The position numbers and the translations under genes are program-made. Below, in pieces: positions 45,404 to 54,699 of a stretch of 64,000 nt of DNA. The notes below the pieces were generated by a model that did no database searches, was not told the origin of the DNA, and saw only the letters and a program-made list of their open reading frames with translations. Source of the stretch: a virus (lineage: Duplodnaviria > Heunggongvirae > Uroviricota > Caudoviricetes); the IMG/VR virus record IMGVR_UViG_3300008108_000006, one strand, 5' to 3'. How positions within the stretch are numbered: position 1 is the stretch's first letter; the number at the start of each line of letters is the position of its first letter.

Positions 45404-46023
45404 AAATTATATCTTAAAACATAATCATAATTAACAAATCTGTTTTCAATATCACTGTGAGATGGTGTTTGAGTAGTTAAGTTCTTAATACTCGAGTATG
45501 TATTTAATTCGTTTTGAAGTTTTGCTAAAATTAAATCAACATGATCTTTTTCATTGGTTATCTTATCATAAATGATACCAAAATTTTTAGTTGAGAATCC
45601 TATACAGTGTGTTGTAACGGTGCTATATGTTCTAATAACGTGACTATTTATTTTTTCAAATCGGTGTTCTGGTTTAGAAAAATGGTTACCCCCAAAATAA
45701 ATCAAATCATAATCTGAAGGTATTTCTCTTAAATAGATTTCAACTTCCTCCTGAAAGTTGTCATTAAACTCACAATCATCTTCAATTAACAAAAAATTAT
45801 TACATCCACTGTTTTTAATAATATTAAATATTTTTATATATGTTTGTCTTAATCCTTCCCAACCTGTTTGACCTATACTATATCCATCAACCGCGGTAAA
45901 TATTTCATATTTTGATAGATTAATTCTATCTAAATTACTAATAACTTTTTCTAATCTATCTGGTCTTCTTTCAAGATTGATTATAAAAATTTTATCAAAA
46001 AAACTATCAATCATTTGTAACAA
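45397..46023 (-). CDS. Glycosyltransferase family 25-like protein
   Basis: IFIINLERRPDR, AVDG, LLIEDD, DLIYFG. Confidence 0.8.
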   Translation of the reverse strand: MLQMIDSFFDKIFIINLERRPDRLEKVISNLDRINLSKYEIFTAVDGYSIGQTGWEGLRQTYIKIFNIIKNSGCNNFLLIEDDCEFNDNFQEEVEIYLREIPSDYDLIYFGGNHFSKPEHRFEKINSHVIRTYSTVTTHCIGFSTKNFGIIYDKITNEKDHVDLILAKLQNELNTYSSIKNLTTQTPSHSDIENRFVNYDYVLRYNFL

Positions 46024-46172
46024 TTTTTATACGGACGACAACTTGCCTTCTGACTAAAACCCATCTTATTACAAGGTGTGCTCTTACAATAAGATTTACT
46101 CATCTTACGAGGTTTTTTAAATTCTTTTTCCTCTATATATTTTTTCAGAACTTCTTTTATAATTTCTTTCAT
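46011..46172 (-). CDS. 53-aa Cys-rich peptide with leader
   Basis: MKEIIKEVLKKYIEE...CKSTPCNKMGFSQKASCRPYKNCYK; TATTTAT at 46177-46183. Confidence 0.6.
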   Translation of the reverse strand: MKEIIKEVLKKYIEEKEFKKPRKMSKSYCKSTPCNKMGFSQKASCRPYKNCYK

Positions 46173-46188
46173 ACTAATAAATATTAAT

Positions 46189-46338
46189 ATGGAAACGAAA
46201 AAAACTTGTACCACTTGTAAGCAAAAAGGCGGATACACAAAACAAAACAAAATATTCCTATGGTCAGGATTTTTTATGTTGTTAATCTTAGGTTACGGTC
46301 TTTACTCATTGGTAACTGATATCATATCTCTCTTTTGA
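46189..46338 (+). CDS. 49-aa CxxC + single-TM peptide
   Basis: Hand translation METKKTCTTCKQKGG...FLWSGFFMLLILGYGLYSLV. Confidence 0.55.
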   Translation: METKKTCTTCKQKGGYTKQNKIFLWSGFFMLLILGYGLYSLVTDIISLF

Positions 46339-47239
46339 ATTTAACAACACATTCAACATAAAGATCACCTAATCCAGGTGATTTAAAACCTTTATGTTTA
46401 ACCCTTAAAGGTTTCGTAGTATCAAACGTATCAGGCATCGTAATTGATAATTCACCATCAGGATGTGGTATTGTAAATTTATCTTGAGTTAATGATTCTA
46501 AATCAAATTCTTTTCTAAACACTAAATCAATATCACTCTTTGAAAATCCATCCTGATCCAAAATTTCAACTTTAAGTAATAAGTTACCATATATTCCATT
46601 TGAAAAATCACCCAATCCCGTCATTCTAATAAATTGACCCGAATCAATTCCAACTGGAATTTCAAACTTAACTACTTTTATTTCTTGTTTAACAGCTCTA
46701 CCCGAACAAGATGAACATGGTTTGATAATAATTCTTCCTCTACCTCCACAAGAAGGACAAGTTTGTCTTATTGTTTGTTGAAAGAATCCACCACCAATTG
46801 TTTGTACGAAAAATCCTTGCCCTTGACAGGTTCCACACGTTTCAGTGTCACCACCGGTTGAATTACAAGATGAACATTCAATATTACGTTGGTATTTAAC
46901 TTCAATAGTCTTTCCCTTATAAGAGTCAATTACCCCAATACCGACATCGATTACTTTGTCAGGTACTTGAGGTTGTTTTGGACCTCTATTAAACATTTGA
47001 TCAAAGAAATCATCAAATCCTCCAAACCCATTAAAACCACCATTCTTCTCCATTTCCCATTTCTGTTTTTTCTGAGGATCGGTCAATACATCATATGCTT
47101 CAGCAATCTCTTTAAATTGATCGGCACCGTCAGGATTAATGTCTGGATGATATTTTTTTGATAAATTTCTATACGCTTTCTTTATATCTTCTTCAGATGC
47201 GTTATTATTTATTCCAAGTATGTTATAATAATCTTTCAT
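46322..47239 (-). CDS. dnaJ: DnaJ chaperone
   Basis: J-domain with HPD, G/F region, four CxxCxGxG-like zinc motifs, C-terminal domain. Confidence 0.92.
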   Translation of the reverse strand: MKDYYNILGINNNASEEDIKKAYRNLSKKYHPDINPDGADQFKEIAEAYDVLTDPQKKQKWEMEKNGGFNGFGGFDDFFDQMFNRGPKQPQVPDKVIDVGIGVIDSYKGKTIEVKYQRNIECSSCNSTGGDTETCGTCQGQGFFVQTIGGGFFQQTIRQTCPSCGGRGRIIIKPCSSCSGRAVKQEIKVVKFEIPVGIDSGQFIRMTGLGDFSNGIYGNLLLKVEILDQDGFSKSDIDLVFRKEFDLESLTQDKFTIPHPDGELSITMPDTFDTTKPLRVKHKGFKSPGLGDLYVECVVKFKREI

Positions 47240-47876
47240 GAACTATCACGTTGTTTTATTCAAAAATAAAAAAAGAAAAAAAATTCTCAAGTCGTTTGTG
47301 ACAACAAAGCGCGCAAATGAGTTTTTTAATAGATTGATTGAAGAATCTGATTCTGTCATATTTGATATGCAAACTGAAAATGGTAAGTCTTGTAAATTTG
47401 AAATAGGTATTATTCAAAAGGGTAAATTTTTATTTGATAATTACACAACAGATGAACTAGGTAGAAATATAAAAATAGAATTAGAAAATCAAGATTTTAC
47501 TTTATTAAAAATTAAACCATATAAGGTTGAAGAAGGTCTTTTTGATCCTAAAACAAAAAATAGGATCTCGGTTCCTTATTTTCTAAAAACTTATTTATCT
47601 AAAGATGGTTTGAAAATGATATCCAAAGTAAATAATAGAATTGTATATCAAAAAGATGATGAGATTAAACTTTTTTCATTAAAAAGTGAATCTGACGCAG
47701 ATAGATTTATTGAATCCCTTCAATTAAGGTTTTCGGTTCAAAAAAGAAGTGATGTTCTTTTTGTTAAAGACGTATCAACCGCTCAAAGACAATATTTATA
47801 TAATTTGTTGGAGGAAGCAGGATTTGACAGACAATATCTATACCGGAAATTTACAACTCATCCAGCAAGTAAATAA
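47238..47876 (+). CDS. Conserved hypothetical protein
   Basis: 212-aa ORF filling the interval; ATG overlaps dnaJ start codon. Confidence 0.7.
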   Translation: MNYHVVLFKNKKRKKILKSFVTTKRANEFFNRLIEESDSVIFDMQTENGKSCKFEIGIIQKGKFLFDNYTTDELGRNIKIELENQDFTLLKIKPYKVEEGLFDPKTKNRISVPYFLKTYLSKDGLKMISKVNNRIVYQKDDEIKLFSLKSESDADRFIESLQLRFSVQKRSDVLFVKDVSTAQRQYLYNLLEEAGFDRQYLYRKFTTHPASK

Positions 47877-48072
47877 ACTCAGTTCCTGACACATCAATTT
47901 TAAAACTCTTAGCATCTTTATTCAATTCCTTGAACTTAGTACCCATCGTATGAAATTCCATTTCGGGTAATTCAAATATTACTGTAGTTTTTCCTAAATA
48001 TAATCCTTGTGCAAGTTCAGCAATCTGCGCTAGTGTGGTTAAATATTTATCACTCTCTTCAATCTCTGCCAT
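47851..48072 (-). CDS. Hypothetical protein
   Basis: ORF track. Confidence 0.6.
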   Translation of the reverse strand: MAEIEESDKYLTTLAQIAELAQGLYLGKTTVIFELPEMEFHTMGTKFKELNKDAKSFKIDVSGTEFIYLLDEL

Positions 48073-48248
48073 AATGTTAGTTTTTCAGGTTTTGGTATCA
48101 ATTCATCTTTAGTAATACCCTTTAAACTTCTTATTAATTTTTGTTTTTCATTGTCTAAATCTCTATGAAAAATTTTAAGGTCACTCTCTAACCCATCTAA
48201 TTCTTCCTCAATTTCACTTTTCGGTTTCATCCTCAGTAACTGTTTCAA
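48039..48248 (-). CDS. Hypothetical coiled-coil protein
   Basis: ORF track. Confidence 0.55.
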   Translation of the reverse strand: MKQLLRMKPKSEIEEELDGLESDLKIFHRDLDNEKQKLIRSLKGITKDELIPKPEKLTLWQRLKRVINI

Positions 48249-48654
48249 GTTTTAATTCTTTCTCAACATCCATCTTCAATTTCATGAGATCATCCAAAGA
48301 ACTTTTTTCAAAAATCTTCTTTAATTCTTTTACTTTATCATTAAATAGTTTCTCTTTAGCTTCTTTATCCAAATTGTATTTAATGATCCTTTTAATCCCA
48401 TCAATGGTTTTTGTAAGATTCTCTTCATTTGGCTCACAAACAAATGATACAATGATCTTATCATCAACCTCATTCTGAGTATATTGCAATTCTTTTAATA
48501 AGGTCTCGGTAAATACCCAATTCTCGGGAAAGGTCAAATCAAAAGATATGTATGTTTTAATCTTACGAACACTATGTAAGTAAGGGAAAATTAATTTTAT
48601 AATTTCAATGAATTTCATAGCTTTATTAAATAAGTTATTATGTATGATAAGCAA
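48214..48654 (-). CDS. Hypothetical protein
   Basis: ORF track; start probably MKFIEII. Confidence 0.65.
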   Translation of the reverse strand: MLIIHNNLFNKAMKFIEIIKLIFPYLHSVRKIKTYISFDLTFPENWVFTETLLKELQYTQNEVDDKIIVSFVCEPNEENLTKTIDGIKRIIKYNLDKEAKEKLFNDKVKELKKIFEKSSLDDLMKLKMDVEKELKLETVTEDETEK

Positions 48655-48803
48655 ATACCATTAAGTAATAGTTCCCTCTTACTTAACTCCATTTTAATTG
48701 GATTAATACTTAAGAGAGAACTAATAAACTTAACGACTGTCCTCAAAAAGACAATTGATGAAAAGTTAAATAAAAAAAGAAATATGGTTGATAACTCAAT
48801 CAT
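48615..48803 (-). CDS. Small membrane protein
   Basis: Start refined to MIELS, coupled to upstream stop. Confidence 0.55.
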   Translation of the reverse strand: MIELSTIFLFLFNFSSIVFLRTVVKFISSLLSINPIKMELSKRELLLNGICLSYIITYLIKL

Positions 48804-48975
48804 TCTCTTGTTTTTTGTGATCCAAAATTTCACCACGTAGGGTCTGCAAAAGACTTTTCATGTCTTGACATGTTTTTCTAGCTCTTGTTCCTGCGCTTTT
48901 GTTTCCACCGAAAAATTTACCGGTGTCGGTTGATAGAGTCTCCATCAACGCTTTTAATTGTTCTAATGTTTCCAT
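48796..48975 (-). CDS. Histone H1-like protein (Hc1-type, Bacteroidota-like)
   Basis: Not in ORF track; hand translation METLEQLK...FFGGNKSAGTRARKTCQDMKSLLQTLRGEI. Confidence 0.75.
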   Translation of the reverse strand: METLEQLKALMETLSTDTGKFFGGNKSAGTRARKTCQDMKSLLQTLRGEILDHKKQEND

Positions 48976-49026
48976 ACATTTAATTTTAATACAAAAAATT
49001 TAAGTTTTCAATAGGTATTGTAAATA

Positions 49027-49512
49027 CTATTGTTTATTAATTAAAAGATTTTTATCTATGCTCTTATATAATTCGGTCAGCATATCCAAATCAGACTTGG
49101 TAAATGGTTTCCTGTCGTCAAATAATTGGATAAAAAACTTTCTCAGCCCATCCACAACTTTTTGGTTTTTCTGTTTATAAAAAATCTCCGTAAAGAAATT
49201 TTTGAGAAACACTTTATGCTCCCCATCTTCACTTATGTGAATATTTTCTTTTTCAAAGTTTTCCAAGATTTTTTTCCAACACCAATCAAAATGATTACTC
49301 TGCTCCTCGTTTGTTAATAATACCTTTGTTTCGTTGTTTTTATCCCTCTCACCCCCTAAATAAGTAGTTTCAATAATATCTGTTAAGCCAACACATAAAT
49401 CACAAAATAACTCTCTCTTCTCAGAAATCATATTATTGATCCTGAACCATGTATCCACATCATCATTATTTAATGGTGTTGCCACCCAAGAAAAAAAATT
49501 CCCCATATCCAT
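49027..49512 (-). CDS. Conserved hypothetical protein
   Basis: ORF track. Confidence 0.7.
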   Translation of the reverse strand: MDMGNFFSWVATPLNNDDVDTWFRINNMISEKRELFCDLCVGLTDIIETTYLGGERDKNNETKVLLTNEEQSNHFDWCWKKILENFEKENIHISEDGEHKVFLKNFFTEIFYKQKNQKVVDGLRKFFIQLFDDRKPFTKSDLDMLTELYKSIDKNLLINKQ

Positions 49513-49551
49513 ATATGGGGAATAATAATAATAATATTAAATTTTTGTATA

Positions 49552-50469
49552 TTATTGTGTTTTTTGATTGTATGATATTAATTTAGACATTTTACTTAAC
49601 TCTTCATTAATAACCATATTTTTCTTTTCTTCACTCTCTTTAACATTCAAATCTTTGAACATATTGTTAAGTTTCTTCGCCCCCTTAGATTCACCCGCAT
49701 TATCTACCGGTTGTGTATATCTATTATATGATCTATTTTTCTCAACACCGTAAAGGTTTTTCTTTCTCTTAGCATTAATCTTTTTACCAAATCCTGTATC
49801 AACAGCATTAGCATATTTAGCCGAATTACCAGTTTTTGATGAACCTTCAAGATTTGCTGCTAACCAATCATCGTTAGGTTGGATTTCATCATACTGTAGG
49901 TTTTCCATACCGGGAGAATATGCAAAGTTCTCAATGTATTCTTCAACCGCACCCGATGGTGTATATGCTTTCTTAGTCATTTTACCTAACTCACCATTTC
50001 CCGCAGGAAACATAGTAGGATTCATATCAAATTTACCCTTAGAACCATCTTTCAAATAGTCTTTCATTTTTTTCTCTAAATCCTTCATGTACTTCTTTGT
50101 TTCACCACCAGATTCTTTGTGAGCTCTCTTGTAGGTTACCAATCCGGGAGGATCTGATGCTTCATTAACCATCACCTCAATAAAATCAACCAATTCATTC
50201 TCACTCATTCTTAGAACGTTCTCTTCAACTTTCTTACAACCACAAGATTTATAATCAGAGTTATCTACATTTCTTAGTTTTTTTGTTTTACCATCAAACG
50301 TAAATTCGGTATCTCCTGCACATATCGCCTTACATCTAGCACCTGTGAAAGCGTTACCTTCACCCATTTCTTCATGTTTTGACATGGTTTTTTTTGCCAT
50401 TTTTACACTCTTATCCGCAATCTTTTCAGATAATTCACCTTTTAACATTTTATCAAAATAATTTCCCAT
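49552..50469 (-). CDS. Putative virion head-associated protein
   Basis: EGNAFTGA motif, internal LRMSENELVDFIEVMVNE leader; TATTTAT upstream. Confidence 0.55.
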   Translation of the reverse strand: MGNYFDKMLKGELSEKIADKSVKMAKKTMSKHEEMGEGNAFTGARCKAICAGDTEFTFDGKTKKLRNVDNSDYKSCGCKKVEENVLRMSENELVDFIEVMVNEASDPPGLVTYKRAHKESGGETKKYMKDLEKKMKDYLKDGSKGKFDMNPTMFPAGNGELGKMTKKAYTPSGAVEEYIENFAYSPGMENLQYDEIQPNDDWLAANLEGSSKTGNSAKYANAVDTGFGKKINAKRKKNLYGVEKNRSYNRYTQPVDNAGESKGAKKLNNMFKDLNVKESEEKKNMVINEELSKMSKLISYNQKTQ

Positions 50470-50490
50470 TTTACTTTTTATTTATAAATA

Positions 50491-51459
50491 TCATTTTTTA
50501 TTGAAATGTTCATCAAATAATCTATTAATTACTGATGGTGGTACTCCAATCTTATTACTAACACGATTTACCGTTTCCTTAATGTCACCGTCAATGATTT
50601 CCAAAGCATTAATATCACCTTGGTTACAATATGGGAACTTCTTACATTTCTCTTTTACTTTTACAAATTTACCACCAGGACCTCCGTACCTTGGAAACTT
50701 TTTGTCTTTTACCGCTCTTCCTTTATATATGGAATCAGGACCTCCAATCTTCAAAGGATCCTTTACAAACCCTGGAAATGGTGCGTCGTATTGACCTGCC
50801 GATGAAGCACCTGTTGCCTCCTTAGTCTCAATTTTTTTTAACTTATCATAATACTTCGGGTCTTCGTATATATGATCCATCGCAATTTCCTTAGCCTTTG
50901 ATTTATTATCGGTGTGTTCCATCTCGGTTTTAATACCTTTGGACAATTGTTTCTTAATATCAGTTAAGGGTATTCTATGTTTTTTTGCAAGATCTTCTAA
51001 GTTCTTATCATCAGCCTTACCACCTTTTAATATCTCACCTTCTTTAATGTCCTTTATAAACATATCTTGTTTCTTAAACGCAGCCCTATCCAAATAATCA
51101 TACGCCTTATCACCATAAGCATCGTACAACCTTTGGAATATTAGTGCCGGGTTTTTTCTCATATACCTAATAACATCTTCAGGAACTTCTCTGTAATATT
51201 TTCCAAATACATTATCCAAATCAATCTCTCTTGGTTGAATTGTTCTTTCAGAATCTTTCTTGAACTCCTCACCTTTGGTTTCTTTAGTCTCTTTTTTCAT
51301 AGGACCGAACAAAGGACCAACATATCCTCCTGCGGATCCCGCACCGGTAGCCTCAGTGTTTTCTATTTTTTTCAAAAAATCACTTTGTGCGTCTAATGAT
51401 TTAGAACCTGATGGTAGTTCTCTAAAAGATTTCTTCATAGCGTCTGATAAACTTTTCAT
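50491..51459 (-). CDS. Putative virion protein with DUF5661-like domain and repeated E-ATGAxSAG motif
   Basis: KGIKTEMEHT...AKEIAMDHIYEDPKYYDKL; EATGAGSAGGY and EATGASSAGQY. Confidence 0.6.
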   Translation of the reverse strand: MKSLSDAMKKSFRELPSGSKSLDAQSDFLKKIENTEATGAGSAGGYVGPLFGPMKKETKETKGEEFKKDSERTIQPREIDLDNVFGKYYREVPEDVIRYMRKNPALIFQRLYDAYGDKAYDYLDRAAFKKQDMFIKDIKEGEILKGGKADDKNLEDLAKKHRIPLTDIKKQLSKGIKTEMEHTDNKSKAKEIAMDHIYEDPKYYDKLKKIETKEATGASSAGQYDAPFPGFVKDPLKIGGPDSIYKGRAVKDKKFPRYGGPGGKFVKVKEKCKKFPYCNQGDINALEIIDGDIKETVNRVSNKIGVPPSVINRLFDEHFNKK

Positions 51460-51460
51460 A

Positions 51461-51706
51461 TTATGCGTTCTTTAATCTACTTTGCCAAACACTTCTTTGA
51501 TTATACATTACACCATAAAATTCTGTGAAAAGTTTGACAATAGTTTCTTTCACTTCATCATTTAACTTACCCTTTTTCAATTCTTTAAGAATCTCTGCCA
51601 TCAATTTTTCTTCGTATTGACGCAAAGTATTAGATCCAAGAAAATCTTTAATCTCTTTTCGGATCATAATTTCAATTTCTTTCTGTTCTGATGATGTAAA
51701 TGCCAT
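51461..51706 (-). CDS. Hypothetical protein
   Basis: ORF track. Confidence 0.65.
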   Translation of the reverse strand: MAFTSSEQKEIEIMIRKEIKDFLGSNTLRQYEEKLMAEILKELKKGKLNDEVKETIVKLFTEFYGVMYNQRSVWQSRLKNA

Positions 51707-51714
51707 ATATATAA

Positions 51715-52533
51715 TTACTTCAATAATTCTTTTATTGACCTAATAGAATAACCAAAACTTAAACTAGGTCCCCAAGTTATCCCGAAAGAGTTAGCCGATC
51801 CCATATACCCAAACATAGGTCCAAACCCAACATGTAGAGCCAAACCATTCTGAAATACTTTTTTTGGTGGATCAATTACCACAGAGTTTAACACAGGAAT
51901 ATCCAATAAATCCTTTTCAATTTTTTTATCTAAAATAACCTTACCGTCTTCGTATTTCAATGTATAAGGTGTTACCACAACTTTTTTAACTCCTTTATCC
52001 TCAATTGTTGCCATACTCAAACCAAATGTGAATTTTTCATCTAACTTTGTAGATTTCCCATTGTATTTTGGATATAACCCTAATGAATATTTTTCGGAAT
52101 ATGTGGTGTCATTAATTTTAATAGTTTTACTTTCAAAAAGAACATAAGTTTCTGAACCAATACTCCTAACGTCATTAGTATCTGAAAAATAAATTCTATA
52201 CGTGGAATCATTAACTTTTTCAATTTGTGACCCAATATCAAAACTGTGTTCGTATTTTGGTGTTAGATAAGTAACTGTTGTAATTGTCTTACCCGGTAAC
52301 TCTTTTATTATTGTTCTAAAATTAACATCTTGTTTTTCAGCTTCTTCTTTTGTTAATTGGAATGAAACCTTTTCATACTTACCCTTATAATACTTCACAG
52401 TATCAGTCATTGCAAGTTCGTTCTGATGTGCTTTTTGTTCTAAATAATCTTTGTCTTGACAGGATTTCAAGTTAGTAATGACTAAAAAAACTATTACACC
52501 TAACAAAATTAAATTTAATATCTTATTCTTCAT
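51715..52533 (-). CDS. Membrane-anchored or lipoprotein-like protein
   Basis: N-terminal TM followed by KSC; beta-strand C-terminus. Confidence 0.6.
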   Translation of the reverse strand: MKNKILNLILLGVIVFLVITNLKSCQDKDYLEQKAHQNELAMTDTVKYYKGKYEKVSFQLTKEEAEKQDVNFRTIIKELPGKTITTVTYLTPKYEHSFDIGSQIEKVNDSTYRIYFSDTNDVRSIGSETYVLFESKTIKINDTTYSEKYSLGLYPKYNGKSTKLDEKFTFGLSMATIEDKGVKKVVVTPYTLKYEDGKVILDKKIEKDLLDIPVLNSVVIDPPKKVFQNGLALHVGFGPMFGYMGSANSFGITWGPSLSFGYSIRSIKELLK

Positions 52534-53185
52534 CTTCAGGAAATGTTAAAGTTTTCTTTCTAACAGCTAATACTTTAGCCCATTTAGTTTTGAATTTTTG
52601 ATAATAACTTTGAATTTGCTCAATAAATTTAACAAAATCATAATCAACCTTAATCATGGTACCATTAACATAAACACCGTTTGATTCACCAATACTGTAG
52701 AAAAATTCCAAATCTTTATCAATGATATGTCCTGACCATTCAACCGTGCTCCCATAGATATTCAATGGATAAAAATCAACAAATTCAGAAACTTCAGATG
52801 TAAATTCGTCCATAGTTTCTTGAAATGCTGATTTGTCCTCAGTTGTTAATTGTAAATCCTTACTGTCTTTTCCATGAACTACGATAACACCACCCGAAAC
52901 TCTATACGCTTGTTGTTTATCTTTTTTTACCGGAGCATCATCACTAACCTTATCTTCAATTGATTTTGCAATGTTGGGTCTTTTATCCGAGATAGCATTT
53001 GTACCCGCAGTTTCTCCCTCAAATGAAGAATCCTGTTCCAAAATTATTTGTGAAAATAATTTATTCTCATTCAATTGACCATACTTACGGTCACTCATCA
53101 TCTTTGACGACACCTTCAATAGGTTTTTCATTTCGTCGTATTCGTTTCTTTTCATATAGTAATTCGTTAAATCTATCAAAATCAA
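52523..53185 (-). CDS. Hypothetical protein
   Basis: ORF track; start probably MKRNEY. Confidence 0.65.
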   Translation of the reverse strand: MILIDLTNYYMKRNEYDEMKNLLKVSSKMMSDRKYGQLNENKLFSQIILEQDSSFEGETAGTNAISDKRPNIAKSIEDKVSDDAPVKKDKQQAYRVSGGVIVVHGKDSKDLQLTTEDKSAFQETMDEFTSEVSEFVDFYPLNIYGSTVEWSGHIIDKDLEFFYSIGESNGVYVNGTMIKVDYDFVKFIEQIQSYYQKFKTKWAKVLAVRKKTLTFPEDEE

Positions 53186-53741
53186 ATGCCGGATTCACGT
53201 CAGTGTATCTCTCCGAAAAATTACTCCTTGAAACAATACCTTCGTATTTCTCAACCCCTGTAACCTTTACGTTGTGACCCACACATCGGTTATTTATTTG
53301 TTGGGTTTTAAATATCTCTTGACACAATTTAGACAATGAAACATATTGTTCATCCGTATAATTTTGCCAAAAAATACAATCCCTCCACTTCCGTTCAAAG
53401 ACCTTTTCCTTATAAATACTTCCAATCCAGTTAATGTGATGTGAAGTAAGTGGTAACCTATCCAACCAACCTAAATTTTCTAATGCAATTACGATACCAC
53501 AGTAATCCTCGGTTAAGTCAAATGATAGATCAGACCCCTCACTATCCTCTAATAATTGAAATACCTCACCATCCTGTTTTACAAGATAATGAGGTATTTT
53601 AGAATTCTTTTTGTTCAACCTGAATTCAACACTTTTGATATATTCATCAAAATGTCTTTTAGTGTCAATCAATATAATTCTCTTCTTAACATCTTCTGTG
53701 GGTATTCCATTTGATGATAAAGTTTTATTGATTTTGACCAT
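53091..53741 (-). CDS. N-acetylmuramoyl-L-alanine amidase (Amidase_2)-like protein
   Basis: PHYLVKQDGEVFQL, IALENLG, YTDEQYVSL, VGH, DVNPAFD; first Zn His appears replaced by Asp. Confidence 0.7.
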   Translation of the reverse strand: MVKINKTLSSNGIPTEDVKKRIILIDTKRHFDEYIKSVEFRLNKKNSKIPHYLVKQDGEVFQLLEDSEGSDLSFDLTEDYCGIVIALENLGWLDRLPLTSHHINWIGSIYKEKVFERKWRDCIFWQNYTDEQYVSLSKLCQEIFKTQQINNRCVGHNVKVTGVEKYEGIVSRSNFSERYTDVNPAFDFDRFNELLYEKKRIRRNEKPIEGVVKDDE

Positions 53742-54405
53742 TTTTACTATATATCAACCTCTTTATTCCTTCTTCAGGTTGTTCAGATTCTTCCGACATT
53801 TTCTTTAAATGTTTTTCAAGCTCACTCAGTTTTTCCTCGGAAAGAACTACCGGATTATCAATTGTTTCTTGTTTTGCAACTTGTTTTGATAATTCGTAAA
53901 TCTCATCTTGAGTTAATTCCTTCGGCGGTTCCTTTTCTGTTTCACGTTCTGAATACACAATCAGCATGTGAGCAAAAGTCAATGATATGAATGGTAACAA
54001 ACCCCCCGTGAAAAACGCCAATATCCTTTTATGTGCCGAAACATCAGTTGCTTCAATACCCATCGGTTCAAATAATCCTGAAACCATCTCAATCCACATC
54101 TTAAACTCTTGTGATGATGTTTCAATAAATGAAAAGGAATAAAAGAAGTTTCCAATAAACTGAATCAATGTAACAATACCAAATGGTATATAGATAAACC
54201 TACCAAATTTTGCAGACACCCCAGCCAATGCCGCAAGTGCTGCAATCTCCACCGCCACAGATAAGAATATCGCCCAAGACATCGGGTTAGATAAACCATA
54301 AAATGTGACAACGTGAGAGATTGAAACAATCGCAACCAAAAGTATAGGAATGATAAATGAGGTCACAATAATGGACCTCAAATTATCTTGTAACCATTTC
54401 TTCAT
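53725..54405 (-). CDS. Multi-pass membrane protein
   Basis: Four hydrophobic segments. Confidence 0.7.
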   Translation of the reverse strand: MKKWLQDNLRSIIVTSFIIPILLVAIVSISHVVTFYGLSNPMSWAIFLSVAVEIAALAALAGVSAKFGRFIYIPFGIVTLIQFIGNFFYSFSFIETSSQEFKMWIEMVSGLFEPMGIEATDVSAHKRILAFFTGGLLPFISLTFAHMLIVYSERETEKEPPKELTQDEIYELSKQVAKQETIDNPVVLSEEKLSELEKHLKKMSEESEQPEEGIKRLIYSKNGQNQ

Positions 54406-54406
54406 A

Positions 54407-54676
54407 TCAATTTGTGGTATCTACCAAATTTTGATTTTTATAGAAGTTGATCGGTACGTGATTCTTATCACTCAACTCTTCAATCTCCAAGTTTTTCCAA
54501 GCCGGTGTTTCGTTGATAAGTTTAATCATTTCTTGTTTTGTAATCGTATTTGATTTCAAATCCTGAACTTCCTTTTTCAAACGATTAACATCTGACCCTG
54601 TTCCACAACTTCTGAACAACAATAATACCAACACCACAAAAGATGCTATCGGTAAATAACTTTTGATTTTTTCCAT
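54407..54676 (-). CDS. Small lipoprotein-like protein
   Basis: Signal then RSCG; TATTTAT upstream. Confidence 0.55.
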   Translation of the reverse strand: MEKIKSYLPIASFVVLVLLLFRSCGTGSDVNRLKKEVQDLKSNTITKQEMIKLINETPAWKNLEIEELSDKNHVPINFYKNQNLVDTTN

Positions 54677-54699
54677 AACTTTTATTTTATAAATATAAA

